Origin: Oligoflexia bacterium
GTDB taxonomy: Bacteria > Bdellovibrionota > UBA1018 > CAIPTA01 > JAALKR01
Reading direction: 5' to 3'
DNA length: 64,000 bases
Assembly (NCBI GenBank): GCA_011087955.1
Contig: JAALKR010000005.1
Location: forward strand, 13,381 to 77,380
The translations under genes and the position numbers were made by a program. Below, in pieces: positions 35,299 through 43,678 of this stretch. The stretch's first letter is position 1; the number at the start of each line of letters is the position of its first letter. The notes beneath the pieces were generated by a model that was not told the origin of the DNA, ran no database searches, and was given only the letters and a program-made list of their open reading frames with translations.

Positions 35299-36450
35299 TC
35301 AGTTTAGTGCTTTAAAACCGCTAATCTTCTTTTGAATCTCCGACTTCAGGTCATAAGAGTGTTTGACTTGATCAGCAATTTTTTCAGTTTTTAGAGCAAA
35401 GGCAAAATCGGCTTCTGGATCTAAATTCATCACATGATTAATTGAGTGCTCTGTTACTCCAAGCACAACAACCTCATCAACAATTTTGACTACGACTAGC
35501 GAACGATTCGGACCTAAATTATGATTTCCTAGTGTCTTAATTATTTCTGAGTTTAATTGTTTTGCAGGAGTGAATGATTTTCCAAACAAGCCTTTCTTTA
35601 ATGCATAAGCGATTGCAGCAATTACTGTCAGCACGATAAGAAGACTAAAAATTAATCGAATGATGCCACTTGCAATACTAGGCTTCGCATTGACTTTTGT
35701 TAATGAATTCGACGTCTGGGGTAAAATCGCTGCTGGGGATGAATTCATCGCTTGAGATGGCTCCACCGCCTGGGATGGGTTCATCCTTTGCTTGGAGGTG
35801 AACGAATTAGTGAAAAGATCTCCTTCTGATTTGCTTAATGCTGAGGGGCTCTTTTTGAGCTCATCTAAAAGCTCTCGTTCTTCAATCGTAAGACTAGAGC
35901 TTTTTTCCGAGCTTTTTTTTCCTCGATTAACACTTCCAATTTGAGCAACCAAGCGATCCTTCGCAGTAATTTTCCCAAGATTCAGACGAAGAGTCTCTCC
36001 ATCAATCCATATAGTTGCACGATTCTTCCAAAATGCACTCTTCCCATCTACAAAAAGTCTGATTCTTGCTAATTCTGGCTTAAATTGATAGGCAAAAGCC
36101 TTCTTTACAGACTTACTTTCCGGAAATCGTCTAATAATTGCCGGATACGCTGAAGCACCTTGAACTTCGAGCTGAATAAAATTTCGCTCAAACCTAACCT
36201 GGGCCTGCTTTGGGTCGATCGGATGAGAAAATTGGACCTCGATAAATGGGTTATCGTCAGCCGCCTTAGAGTACGATACTTCAATAATCTTAGCTGCCTT
36301 GTTCGACTTGTTGGCCCTGTTAGCCTCGCCAGCAGCCTTGGCACCCGACACCATCCATAGACAAAGCAGAATGCTAAGCACTATCACAGCAAAATGCGAC
36401 AGCACACGAAATATACGTGGCCTCACAGACCTCATACCTGAAACTCTCAT
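35299..36450 (-). CDS. fliO: FliO-like protein with a long N-terminal periplasmic extension (AMIN-like domain plus Ser-rich linker)
   Basis: The C-terminal third has a single TM (IIRLIFSLLIVLTVIAAIAYAL) followed by NRSLVVVKIVDEVVVLGVTEHSI, which is FliO-like, and the gene sits in the fliN-fliP slot. The N-terminal 230 aa are additional. Confidence 0.6.
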   Translation of the reverse strand: MRVSGMRSVRPRIFRVLSHFAVIVLSILLCLWMVSGAKAAGEANRANKSNKAAKIIEVSYSKAADDNPFIEVQFSHPIDPKQAQVRFERNFIQLEVQGASAYPAIIRRFPESKSVKKAFAYQFKPELARIRLFVDGKSAFWKNRATIWIDGETLRLNLGKITAKDRLVAQIGSVNRGKKSSEKSSSLTIEERELLDELKKSPSALSKSEGDLFTNSFTSKQRMNPSQAVEPSQAMNSSPAAILPQTSNSLTKVNAKPSIASGIIRLIFSLLIVLTVIAAIAYALKKGLFGKSFTPAKQLNSEIIKTLGNHNLGPNRSLVVVKIVDEVVVLGVTEHSINHVMNLDPEADFAFALKTEKIADQVKHSYDLKSEIQKKISGFKALN

Positions 36451-36475
36451 AGCCGTCCTCCTGACAACTTATGCT

Positions 36476-36910
36476 TTATTTCAATTGTTCGATTCGTTCT
36501 TCTGGAGAAATGATATCTGTTAGGCGCAGACCAAACTTCTCGTTCACAACAACCACTTCTCCACGAGCAATTAACTTATCATTCACAAGCATTTCTAACG
36601 GCTCGCCAGCAAATTTAGTTAACTCCACAACGGAGCCTTGCCCAAGTTGTAGTAGATCGCGAACTAGAATTCTTGCTCTACCCACTTCAACACTGACACG
36701 TAGAGGAATATCGAGAATGAAATCAAGACTATAAATTTCCGTATCATCAGCATCTGTGACCGGCTTGCCATCACCTGCCTCTCCAGCCTGAGCTCCCTCA
36801 GCACCTCCCTTCATTGCAGCACCGCCACCCATTGCAGCGGCTACGTTTTCCATTGCACTTTGCTCAGCAGAAGCTTCCGCTCCTTCGTCCTTTGCAGAAG
36901 TCTCATCCAT
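36476..36910 (-). CDS. fliN: Flagellar motor switch protein FliN
   Basis: SpoA domain ILDIPLRVSVEVGRARILVRDLLQLGQGSVVEL...GEVVVVNEKFGLRLTDI. Confidence 0.9.
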   Translation of the reverse strand: MDETSAKDEGAEASAEQSAMENVAAAMGGGAAMKGGAEGAQAGEAGDGKPVTDADDTEIYSLDFILDIPLRVSVEVGRARILVRDLLQLGQGSVVELTKFAGEPLEMLVNDKLIARGEVVVVNEKFGLRLTDIISPEERIEQLK

Positions 36911-36934
36911 AAGACGCCTCCTTCACTAAATCAA

Positions 36935-37915
36935 TCAGTCATCAATTCTTCGCGTAATTTGTACGGCCTTATTCCCTTTTGACTCACCAAATACACATCT
37001 AAACTTTGGAATATTCTCTACAATTAAATCGAGTTCGCCGTCTGCATCTCGATCCAGCGGAATTACATCTCCCATATTCAAATTAATCAAGTCACCAACT
37101 GTAAGCTCTGATTCACCTAAATTTACTCGGCAATTAACTGTAGTCGTTGTCAGATGCCCCTTAACTTGACCCGTCCAAATTTTTTCAAATTTATCACCTT
37201 CTGGTTGAAATTCCGTGTTGAGCTTTTCTCTGATTGGCTCCAGAGTGGCATATGGAATTACTAGCGCTATCGTGCCCGAAGCATGCTCGAGCTCAACTTC
37301 AAATGCTGTAGAGATAACCATATCCGATGGAGGCACTAAACCCACAAATTGTGGGTTCACTTCTATCCGTACAAATGAAATGTCTGTTGTGTGAACTGGT
37401 CTCCAAGCTTCGTCTAAATCAGAGATAGCATCTCGAATTACTTTTTCGATCACTGATAACTCAATTCGAGTGTACTCTTTTCCAGCACCCTTAGTATACG
37501 GCCGATCAGAACCTCCAAAATAGGAGTCAACTAAGGCGTACACTAGTTTTGATTCAAGTACAATTAAACCAGATCCACGCAAAGTCTCAAAGCGGATTAC
37601 ACCCATACATGATGGAATCGGAAGCGTATTTAGAAATTCACCAAACTTTAATAGATCTGTTGAAATAACACCAAGTGAAGTAATTTTACGAAGCGAAGTA
37701 GATAGACTCACTCGAAACAATCGAATAAAACGCTCATAAATCACATCGAGCGTCATCATTCTGCCACGAATTACCCGGTCTTGGTTCCCAAGGTGATATG
37801 GCGTGATGTTCACTTCAAGTTCACCCGTTTTTTCTTCACCACCAACATCGGATACTGAATCCATTACGGCCGATAAGAGCGCGTCTATTTCATTTTTACT
37901 TAGAACCTGATTCAT
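36935..37915 (-). CDS. fliM: Flagellar motor switch protein FliM
   Basis: N-terminal LSKNEIDALL motif. 326 aa, upstream of fliN. Confidence 0.9.
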   Translation of the reverse strand: MNQVLSKNEIDALLSAVMDSVSDVGGEEKTGELEVNITPYHLGNQDRVIRGRMMTLDVIYERFIRLFRVSLSTSLRKITSLGVISTDLLKFGEFLNTLPIPSCMGVIRFETLRGSGLIVLESKLVYALVDSYFGGSDRPYTKGAGKEYTRIELSVIEKVIRDAISDLDEAWRPVHTTDISFVRIEVNPQFVGLVPPSDMVISTAFEVELEHASGTIALVIPYATLEPIREKLNTEFQPEGDKFEKIWTGQVKGHLTTTTVNCRVNLGESELTVGDLINLNMGDVIPLDRDADGELDLIVENIPKFRCVFGESKGNKAVQITRRIDD

Positions 37916-37931
37916 TCGTCTTTGCTCCTAA

Positions 37932-38480
37932 TCACTCAAACACGAAAGTAGAAAAATAAACTCCCACAACTTTCCCGGTCTCTAAAAAAGAATTAATGGC
38001 GATCTTAATCTCTTCTTTTAAAAATTTTCTGCCATCACGACTTTGTAAATCTTTTAGCCCCTTTGAGTTTAGCAATGTGATTACTGTGTCACGAATTTGC
38101 GGGCTTCTATTTTTCATTTCTTCATCCTGTAACATTTTACCCAACTGAAGGTTTACATTCACACGGATATAGTGTGAGGCGCCTGGCTTGCCATTCAAAT
38201 TTGCTGTAAATTCACCCACGTTGAAGAAACGAACATCGAACTCATCATTTTCCTCTCCACCACCTTGCGCTCCCCCCTGTAAAACACCTCCATCTGAATG
38301 AATTGCATCCACTGCCAATTTTTTAATATTTTCGGCAGTGTCTTTTTGCTTCTGGTCCATAAACACAATAAAACCCACTCCCATTAGAGCTAGAGTATTG
38401 AGAACTAAAACGCCCAGCATTAGCTTGCTTGACCCTTTACCCAAGAATAATCCGGAGCTTTTGCTATCCTCTTCCGCCAT
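37932..38480 (-). CDS. fliL: Flagellar basal-body-associated protein FliL
   Basis: Single N-terminal TM helix, then F.VGEFTANLNG....YIRVNVNLQL, which is typical of FliL. Confidence 0.8.
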   Translation of the reverse strand: MAEEDSKSSGLFLGKGSSKLMLGVLVLNTLALMGVGFIVFMDQKQKDTAENIKKLAVDAIHSDGGVLQGGAQGGGEENDEFDVRFFNVGEFTANLNGKPGASHYIRVNVNLQLGKMLQDEEMKNRSPQIRDTVITLLNSKGLKDLQSRDGRKFLKEEIKIAINSFLETGKVVGVYFSTFVFE

Positions 38481-38516
38481 GACAAATCCCTCCGTATAGC
38501 GTCACTATGTGGTCAT

Positions 38517-38532
38517 TGCATAGCCCATGCCA
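38517..38532 (-). promoter_or_regulatory. Sigma-54 (-24/-12) promoter upstream of fliL
   Basis: The minus strand reads TGGCAT-GGGCT-ATGCA versus the consensus TGGCAC-N5-TTGCW. It lies 37-52 nt upstream of the fliL ATG. Confidence 0.6.
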
Positions 38533-38702
38533 GCCATAGCTTTTTTGAGATTTATATTTCAAGGGCAGGAAACCTAATATAATTAAATATCAGACACTTG
38601 GACAGACAGGGCCTACCTGTTCGCCTGATTAACCATAAGAAAACCAATAAATACAAGTTGGCGTCAAAGGACAACACAAAACTGCCGTCAAACGATTGAC
38701 AT

Positions 38703-38736
38703 AAAAAAACCGAGGCAGCCCTATGAACTACCTCGG
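38703..38736 (-). terminator. Rho-independent terminator after flgE
   Basis: On the minus strand: CCGAGG, a 15-nt loop, CCTCGG, followed by TTTTTTT. It begins 33 nt after the flgE stop. Confidence 0.55.
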
Positions 38737-38768
38737 CTTACTTTAGCCAGATATTATAATGAAGTCGT

Positions 38769-40058
38769 TTATCCTCGACGCATATTTAGGATTTCTTGCA
38801 TTAACTCATCTGCTGTGCCCATCGTTCTAGCACTTGCTTGGAAAGCACGTTGCATTTGAATGAGAGAGATGAACTCAAAAGCAATGTCTGTAGTCGAAGC
38901 CTCTACAGTCTTCGAAAACACTTTACCGCGTCCACCAGACCCCGGCCTACCAATATTTGGCTGACCAGAAGATCTCGACTCTTTAAGAACGTTGTTACCC
39001 AATTTGAATAAACCTTCTTTGTTTTCAAAACGAGCAATTGAGACTTGAGCAAGATTTTGCGTAATGCCGTTCGTATAGAATGCTGAAAGAACACCATCAT
39101 CATTAAAAGAAAGGCCACCCACAGTACCAACTTCATAGCCATCCTGCATAGTCTGATAAATATCACTCTGAGAGCCATACTGAGTAGAGCCTTTCACACC
39201 AGTTCCACCATTAGTGATATCATCACCAAAATTGAACTCAATGGCTTGATTTGGTTTTGCGCCATTGGTGAAGGAGAATGAATTCTCATTAATCTCTTGA
39301 GCTAACAATCGACCATTGTTATCAAAAGTCAGCGTACCAGATGCTCCAACCACAGCTGTACCTGGCTCCGCACCCTCGATCTCATCACCTTTCACCACTG
39401 CATTCCAAGCCCACGTATTATCTCCAGTCTTTGTGAAGTAAGCAGTCACAGTATGAGCATTACCAGCAGTATCGTAAACTGTAACCCCTGTTGAATAAGA
39501 GGATGTTGCTTCTGGGTCTTCAATATTAAAATCCTCTTGCGCAGCCGATGCACGAACATCCAAGTTCATAAACATTTTCACTTCACTTGTTGACTTCGCA
39601 TCAAGAATGTTCCGATCTAACTGAATCACACCCAGCTTCGTCGAGATATCACCCTTCTCGTCTGCTTGGAAACCTAGGACTTTATACCCATCTGAGTTTA
39701 TTAACACGCCCTCCTTATCGAAGTTAAAGGCTCCGTTACGCGTGTAAACACGGCCATTCGGCCCATCCAATGCAAAGAATCCATCCCCAGTAATCGCTAA
39801 GTCTGTTGGTCGATCGGTCTGCTTCATGTTTCCTTGGGTAAAGATTTGTTTAACTCCGCTCAGTGTAACACCACGCCCAATTTGATTACCACCTAGCTCC
39901 CCTTTTAGTGATTTCGCGATTATGTCTGAAAATTCCGCCCGGCTAGTTTTATAGCCGATCGTATTCGAGTTTGAAATGTTGTCCGATATCACGCCTAATG
40001 CCGTACCGTTAGCCTCGATACCAGATATACTAGTATATAGTGAAGATAATACTCCCAT
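38769..40058 (-). CDS. flgE: Flagellar hook protein FlgE
   Basis: LYTSISGIEANGTALGVISDNISNSNTIGYK N-terminus and conserved C-terminus ...LIQMQRAFQASARTM.TADELMQEILNM. Confidence 0.9.
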   Translation of the reverse strand: MGVLSSLYTSISGIEANGTALGVISDNISNSNTIGYKTSRAEFSDIIAKSLKGELGGNQIGRGVTLSGVKQIFTQGNMKQTDRPTDLAITGDGFFALDGPNGRVYTRNGAFNFDKEGVLINSDGYKVLGFQADEKGDISTKLGVIQLDRNILDAKSTSEVKMFMNLDVRASAAQEDFNIEDPEATSSYSTGVTVYDTAGNAHTVTAYFTKTGDNTWAWNAVVKGDEIEGAEPGTAVVGASGTLTFDNNGRLLAQEINENSFSFTNGAKPNQAIEFNFGDDITNGGTGVKGSTQYGSQSDIYQTMQDGYEVGTVGGLSFNDDGVLSAFYTNGITQNLAQVSIARFENKEGLFKLGNNVLKESRSSGQPNIGRPGSGGRGKVFSKTVEASTTDIAFEFISLIQMQRAFQASARTMGTADELMQEILNMRRG

Positions 40059-40182
40059 ACAAAAGCCTCCTGCTTATGCGGGCGTCCCTATTGTTTGACA
40101 CCCTCGGATTTATATTTCAAGTGTTACAAGAACCTACTCTAAAATGAGATCTGGCTCCTTACCTAGTTTTCAGTCTCTCAGA

Positions 40183-41100
40183 TTAGTCAGCATTCCTTGC
40201 TGACAATCTGTCGAATGGATTAAATAACTTCATGTTTTCCAATCCCTCCTGAGGATTCACTCTAGAAATACCTCCGTCCTTCGTACCGTTCTCCCTATGC
40301 TTTTCAACAGCTACTCCGTCTTTCGAAGCGATTTCTCCACCCTCCACTACCGAAGGCTCTATCACACTATTAGCAGCTTGATCTTTGTTCAGTGGCTCTT
40401 GAATTTTTGTGATATCACTCAGTGGAAATCGCTTATCATCAACTAGAAGAACTGGCCGCCCATTTTCGAATTCAATTCCAGCTACCATACCCGTCGTGCC
40501 TGTTTTAGCTTCTACTGGAGCCTTGTCTTTATTGTATGCAGTAATACGGAATGAATAGGCACCGACATCGGCTTCAATACCTGCTTTATCGCGACCGTCC
40601 CACTTAATTGAATTTAGCCCACCTTTAAGCTTTCCAATCTCGATTTCACGAATGGTTTTGTTATTTTGATTGAAAATTGCGACCGTGCCATTTTCAATAT
40701 CCTCCTTAAGCTCAAACTTTAAATCCGCTCTTCGATCCTCATCAATTTCAAATCTAGACGAGTCCGTAACCACTTCTTTTCCAATGAACTGAGAAGCCAT
40801 TAGGCTATCCCGTGACTTAGTTTCATTCGACATTTTTTCAAGGGTGGTGTTTATATTCTGCATCTGCTCAAGTGAAGAGAACTGAGCTAACTGAGCTGCC
40901 ATCTCTTCATTTTTAAGTGGAGAAGTGGGATCTTGATGTTGCAATTGTACCGACATCAACTTAATGAAGTCATTCTTCCCAATCTCTTTTTTATGGGTTC
41001 GCTTAGTTGCTTGATCGGAATGACCAAGGCCTAATTTCTGCCGAATCGATTCTAAATATTCATTAGAGCTCTTCTCTTGTGCTCTTCCTATATCAATCAT
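40183..41100 (-). CDS. flgD: Flagellar hook assembly/capping protein FlgD
   Basis: GKNDFIKLMSVQLQHQDPTSPLKNEEMAAQLAQFSSLEQ is the FlgD signature, followed by an Ig-like domain. Confidence 0.85.
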   Translation of the reverse strand: MIDIGRAQEKSSNEYLESIRQKLGLGHSDQATKRTHKKEIGKNDFIKLMSVQLQHQDPTSPLKNEEMAAQLAQFSSLEQMQNINTTLEKMSNETKSRDSLMASQFIGKEVVTDSSRFEIDEDRRADLKFELKEDIENGTVAIFNQNNKTIREIEIGKLKGGLNSIKWDGRDKAGIEADVGAYSFRITAYNKDKAPVEAKTGTTGMVAGIEFENGRPVLLVDDKRFPLSDITKIQEPLNKDQAANSVIEPSVVEGGEIASKDGVAVEKHRENGTKDGGISRVNPQEGLENMKLFNPFDRLSARNAD

Positions 41101-41109
41101 ACTTTACTT

Positions 41110-42702
41110 CTAAACCTCTAAATCAATCAATCGGTTCTGGTCTGGACGATTTCCCAAACTTTTGCTTGAATCTAGCTCGTCCGAATATGCTTCCTCAAAT
41201 GAGCGGTCATCACTCTGATCCCTAGTTTGATGACCTAAATTCCCTTGCCCATCAGATCTATCCTCTCCAAAACCACTTGAGTCTGAATTGTTTGCAAAAT
41301 TGCTATCTGAATTTGTTGCATTTGCTTTAACCGTAATATCAATATTTGTTATCTGGATCTTTTGGTCCTTTAGAGAATCTATTAGCTGCTCTTTGTTTAC
41401 ACGGATAGCATCGGCTAATTCATGGCTCTCAACTACCATTTGCACTCGTACTCGATTCGCATCAGACTTTACTTGGAGTTCAACAGGACCAATCTCTTTT
41501 GGATTGAGATTAATCTTCATTTCACCACCACCATCGGTAGCTAGAAATTCAACAGCACGCACCGCTTCTGGCATAAAAGAGCGGCGGACGCTCACCGTTG
41601 AAATTCTACCTAAGTCAATTGTTGGAGACTGTTCAATCAACTTTGTCACCGCCGGCAAGGCTCCATCCACCGGTAAAGCTCCATCCGCCGATAAAATTCT
41701 ATCCGCTGGTAAAGTTCTATTTTCTGTAAATGAGTTTGATCGACTGGCGTTGCTCATTTTACCATTAGCTTCTAATTGCAAATACTCTTCCGTGCTTATT
41801 CCTGTCCGCACATCAGCCTTCTCCAGTTTTTGCACAATTTCTGAAACTGAGCCCACAGACATTACTTTTTCAATTCCATCACGAGCAATCGCCTTCTCCA
41901 GTTTTTCCAATTGAGGCATTTGTTCACGAAGCTGACTCATGCGATCCTCGATCATTTTCATAACCTGGGCACGATCCGATGAGTTCATCTGTAAAATGGC
42001 AGCAGGATTAGAACGAATTTGATTCAAAATGTTTGCGGCTTCATGCTTCATATCTCTAGCACCCTTAACTAGCTCTTCAGATAAGCTTCTATTACCTGCG
42101 GTAGTTGCAGCCTCAATACTTTCTCCCTCTTCACCGGGCACGGAGGTTTGTTCGTCTTGTCTCAGCACGTGATTGAGCGCTGGAGTCTCTTGGACAGGCA
42201 CTGAAACCTGTGTTTCTTGTCTGGGCACAAAGACCTGCCCTTCTTGTCCCAGCACATGGCTAAGAACTGAAGCCTGCCCTTCCTCGCTGGGCACTAAAGT
42301 CTGTTCGTCTTGTCTCAGCACATGACTGAGCGCTGGAGTCTCTTGGACAGGCACTGAAACCTGTGTTTCTTGTCTGGGCACAAAGACCTGCCCTTCTTGT
42401 CCCAGCACATGGCTAAGAACTGAAGCCTGCCCTTCCTCGCTGGGCACTAAAGTCTGTTCGTCTTGTCTCAGCACATGACTGAGCGCTGGAGTCTCTTGGA
42501 CAGGCGCTGAAATCCGTTCTTGCATCGCTTGCAATTCAGCTTGCTTCATTTTTAATTCAGTTTGCGATTTTTCTAATGCTATAGCCAAAGCCAGAAGCGG
42601 CTTAAACTGCTCTTCTGCAGATTTCTCGTCTTTTCCATCACCAAATAGAATATCCAACAGCCCTCTACTTGGTCCGGCACTACTTGTGTTTGACATATCC
42701 AT
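41110..42702 (-). CDS. fliK: Flagellar hook-length control protein FliK (repeat-expanded)
   Basis: The C-terminal Flg_hook-type domain (INLNPKEIGPVELQVKSDANRVRVQMVVESHE) and its position between the ylxF-like gene and flgD support the call. Confidence 0.75.
   Translation of the reverse strand: MDMSNTSSAGPSRGLLDILFGDGKDEKSAEEQFKPLLALAIALEKSQTELKMKQAELQAMQERISAPVQETPALSHVLRQDEQTLVPSEEGQASVLSHVLGQEGQVFVPRQETQVSVPVQETPALSHVLRQDEQTLVPSEEGQASVLSHVLGQEGQVFVPRQETQVSVPVQETPALNHVLRQDEQTSVPGEEGESIEAATTAGNRSLSEELVKGARDMKHEAANILNQIRSNPAAILQMNSSDRAQVMKMIEDRMSQLREQMPQLEKLEKAIARDGIEKVMSVGSVSEIVQKLEKADVRTGISTEEYLQLEANGKMSNASRSNSFTENRTLPADRILSADGALPVDGALPAVTKLIEQSPTIDLGRISTVSVRRSFMPEAVRAVEFLATDGGGEMKINLNPKEIGPVELQVKSDANRVRVQMVVESHELADAIRVNKEQLIDSLKDQKIQITNIDITVKANATNSDSNFANNSDSSGFGEDRSDGQGNLGHQTRDQSDDRSFEEAYSDELDSSKSLGNRPDQNRLIDLEV
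42118..42504 (-). repeat. 153-nt (51-codon) near-perfect tandem repeat, 2 full copies plus 1 partial copy, inside fliK
   Basis: The anchor string gagcgctggagtctcttggacagg recurs at 42175, 42328 and 42481, a period of 153. The protein unit is PVQETPALSHVLRQDEQTLVPSEEGQASVLSHVLGQEGQVFVPRQETQVSV. Confidence 0.9.
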
Positions 42703-42716
42703 GTAACACCCTTCTA

Positions 42717-43256
42717 TTAGCTAGCCGGCTGATGAGTAGCACTCACTTCAGTCTCTACTTCCTTAAGTTTACTTCGATATCCTGTATAGAGCTCCGACAG
42801 CCTTGCAGACCTCTCTTTATCCAATTTGTTTAAAATCTTTGAAGCACGCTTGACATCAATTCGAGTCAGAACTTCAACGGCTAAATTTGGATCAACAAAT
42901 TCAAAAAATCTAGCTGCAGCATCGGACTTCATCTCTTCAATTATAGAAACCAATTTAAAAATTTTTTCTTGAGAGCGAGATTTAAACCCATCTAATCGCT
43001 CAGCCATCTTTTTGGAAATATCATCAATTCGACGCATCTTTTCTTTAAGTATTTTTTCTTGTACGATGATAGCCTCCGCTTGTTCCGCTAGCGCCTTCTC
43101 TCTCTCGTCAAGCTGACGTTGCTTCGCCTCAAGTTCATTAATCGCCTCTACACTTAGAGCTAATCGCGAAGGCTCATCAGCAGCCTCCACTTCAATGAGA
43201 AAGCCAAAAATCAACGTTATAGTGAAAATAATTCCTTTAACCATTCCCTTAGTCAT
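42717..43256 (-). CDS. MgtE_N/MotE-like flagellar protein (YlxF/FlbB-like)
   Basis: N-terminal TM helix, coiled coil, then the ...AARFFEFVDPNLAVEVLTRIDVKRASKILNKL MgtE-N-type segment. It occupies the ylxF slot between fliJ and fliK. Confidence 0.5.
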   Translation of the reverse strand: MTKGMVKGIIFTITLIFGFLIEVEAADEPSRLALSVEAINELEAKQRQLDEREKALAEQAEAIIVQEKILKEKMRRIDDISKKMAERLDGFKSRSQEKIFKLVSIIEEMKSDAAARFFEFVDPNLAVEVLTRIDVKRASKILNKLDKERSARLSELYTGYRSKLKEVETEVSATHQPAS

Positions 43257-43678
43257 TTCTCTTCACTTTTTAGATTTAGCCGGTCACGCATAATATAAAT
43301 ATCACTCAATAATTTGTTCTCACGCTTCCGCTCTTTTTCTTTGTGCATCTCAAATTGTTTGTCGTGCAAAACAGAAAGTTTTTTTACTTCCTGACGCGCG
43401 TTCATGAATTCTTTATAAGCATCTTCCGCTTCTTGCTCTTTCTCTTTGAGACGTGTCTTAATTTCTTCTCTTCTGATTTTTAGCCCACGGAGATATTTAT
43501 CAATTAACCAGTAGTGAATAGAGGAATAATGCTTATTGCGTATTTCATCAATCCCATCCAACTCAGCCTTAGCTTCTTTTAAACTAGTCATGACTAGGGA
43601 TAACTTGCCTTGCTTTTCTCGCTCGATCATCTCTCTATGCCGCTTTAATGTTTGCAATCTAAACCGAAATTTTCGCAT
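43253..43678 (-). CDS. fliJ: Flagellar export chaperone FliJ
   Basis: 141-aa all-coiled-coil protein immediately after fliI (TAATG overlap). The call rests on position and composition. Confidence 0.65.
   Translation of the reverse strand: MRKFRFRLQTLKRHREMIEREKQGKLSLVMTSLKEAKAELDGIDEIRNKHYSSIHYWLIDKYLRGLKIRREEIKTRLKEKEQEAEDAYKEFMNARQEVKKLSVLHDKQFEMHKEKERKRENKLLSDIYIMRDRLNLKSEEK

Noticed and set aside
38662-38692. Direct repeat CGTCAAA (38662-38668 and 38686-38692; coding strand TTTGACGSC), 130-175 nt upstream of the fliL sigma-54 element, as an activator-binding site
   Set aside because: The distance is plausible for an enhancer. However, the repeat is only 7-9 nt, and only loose look-alikes occur near the other two sigma-54 promoters (TTTGACTGCA near 50046). 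That is too weak to call.
40059-40182. Sigma-54 promoter upstream of flgE
   Set aside because: No GG-N10-GC element with correct spacing was found on the coding strand. flgE is probably transcribed from the flgB promoter or via the shared 15-nt motif region.
41288-41914. 208-aa plus-strand ORF opposite fliK
   Set aside because: It lies antisense to a gene with a recognisable FliK C-terminal domain and correct synteny. Its product is low-complexity with no motifs.
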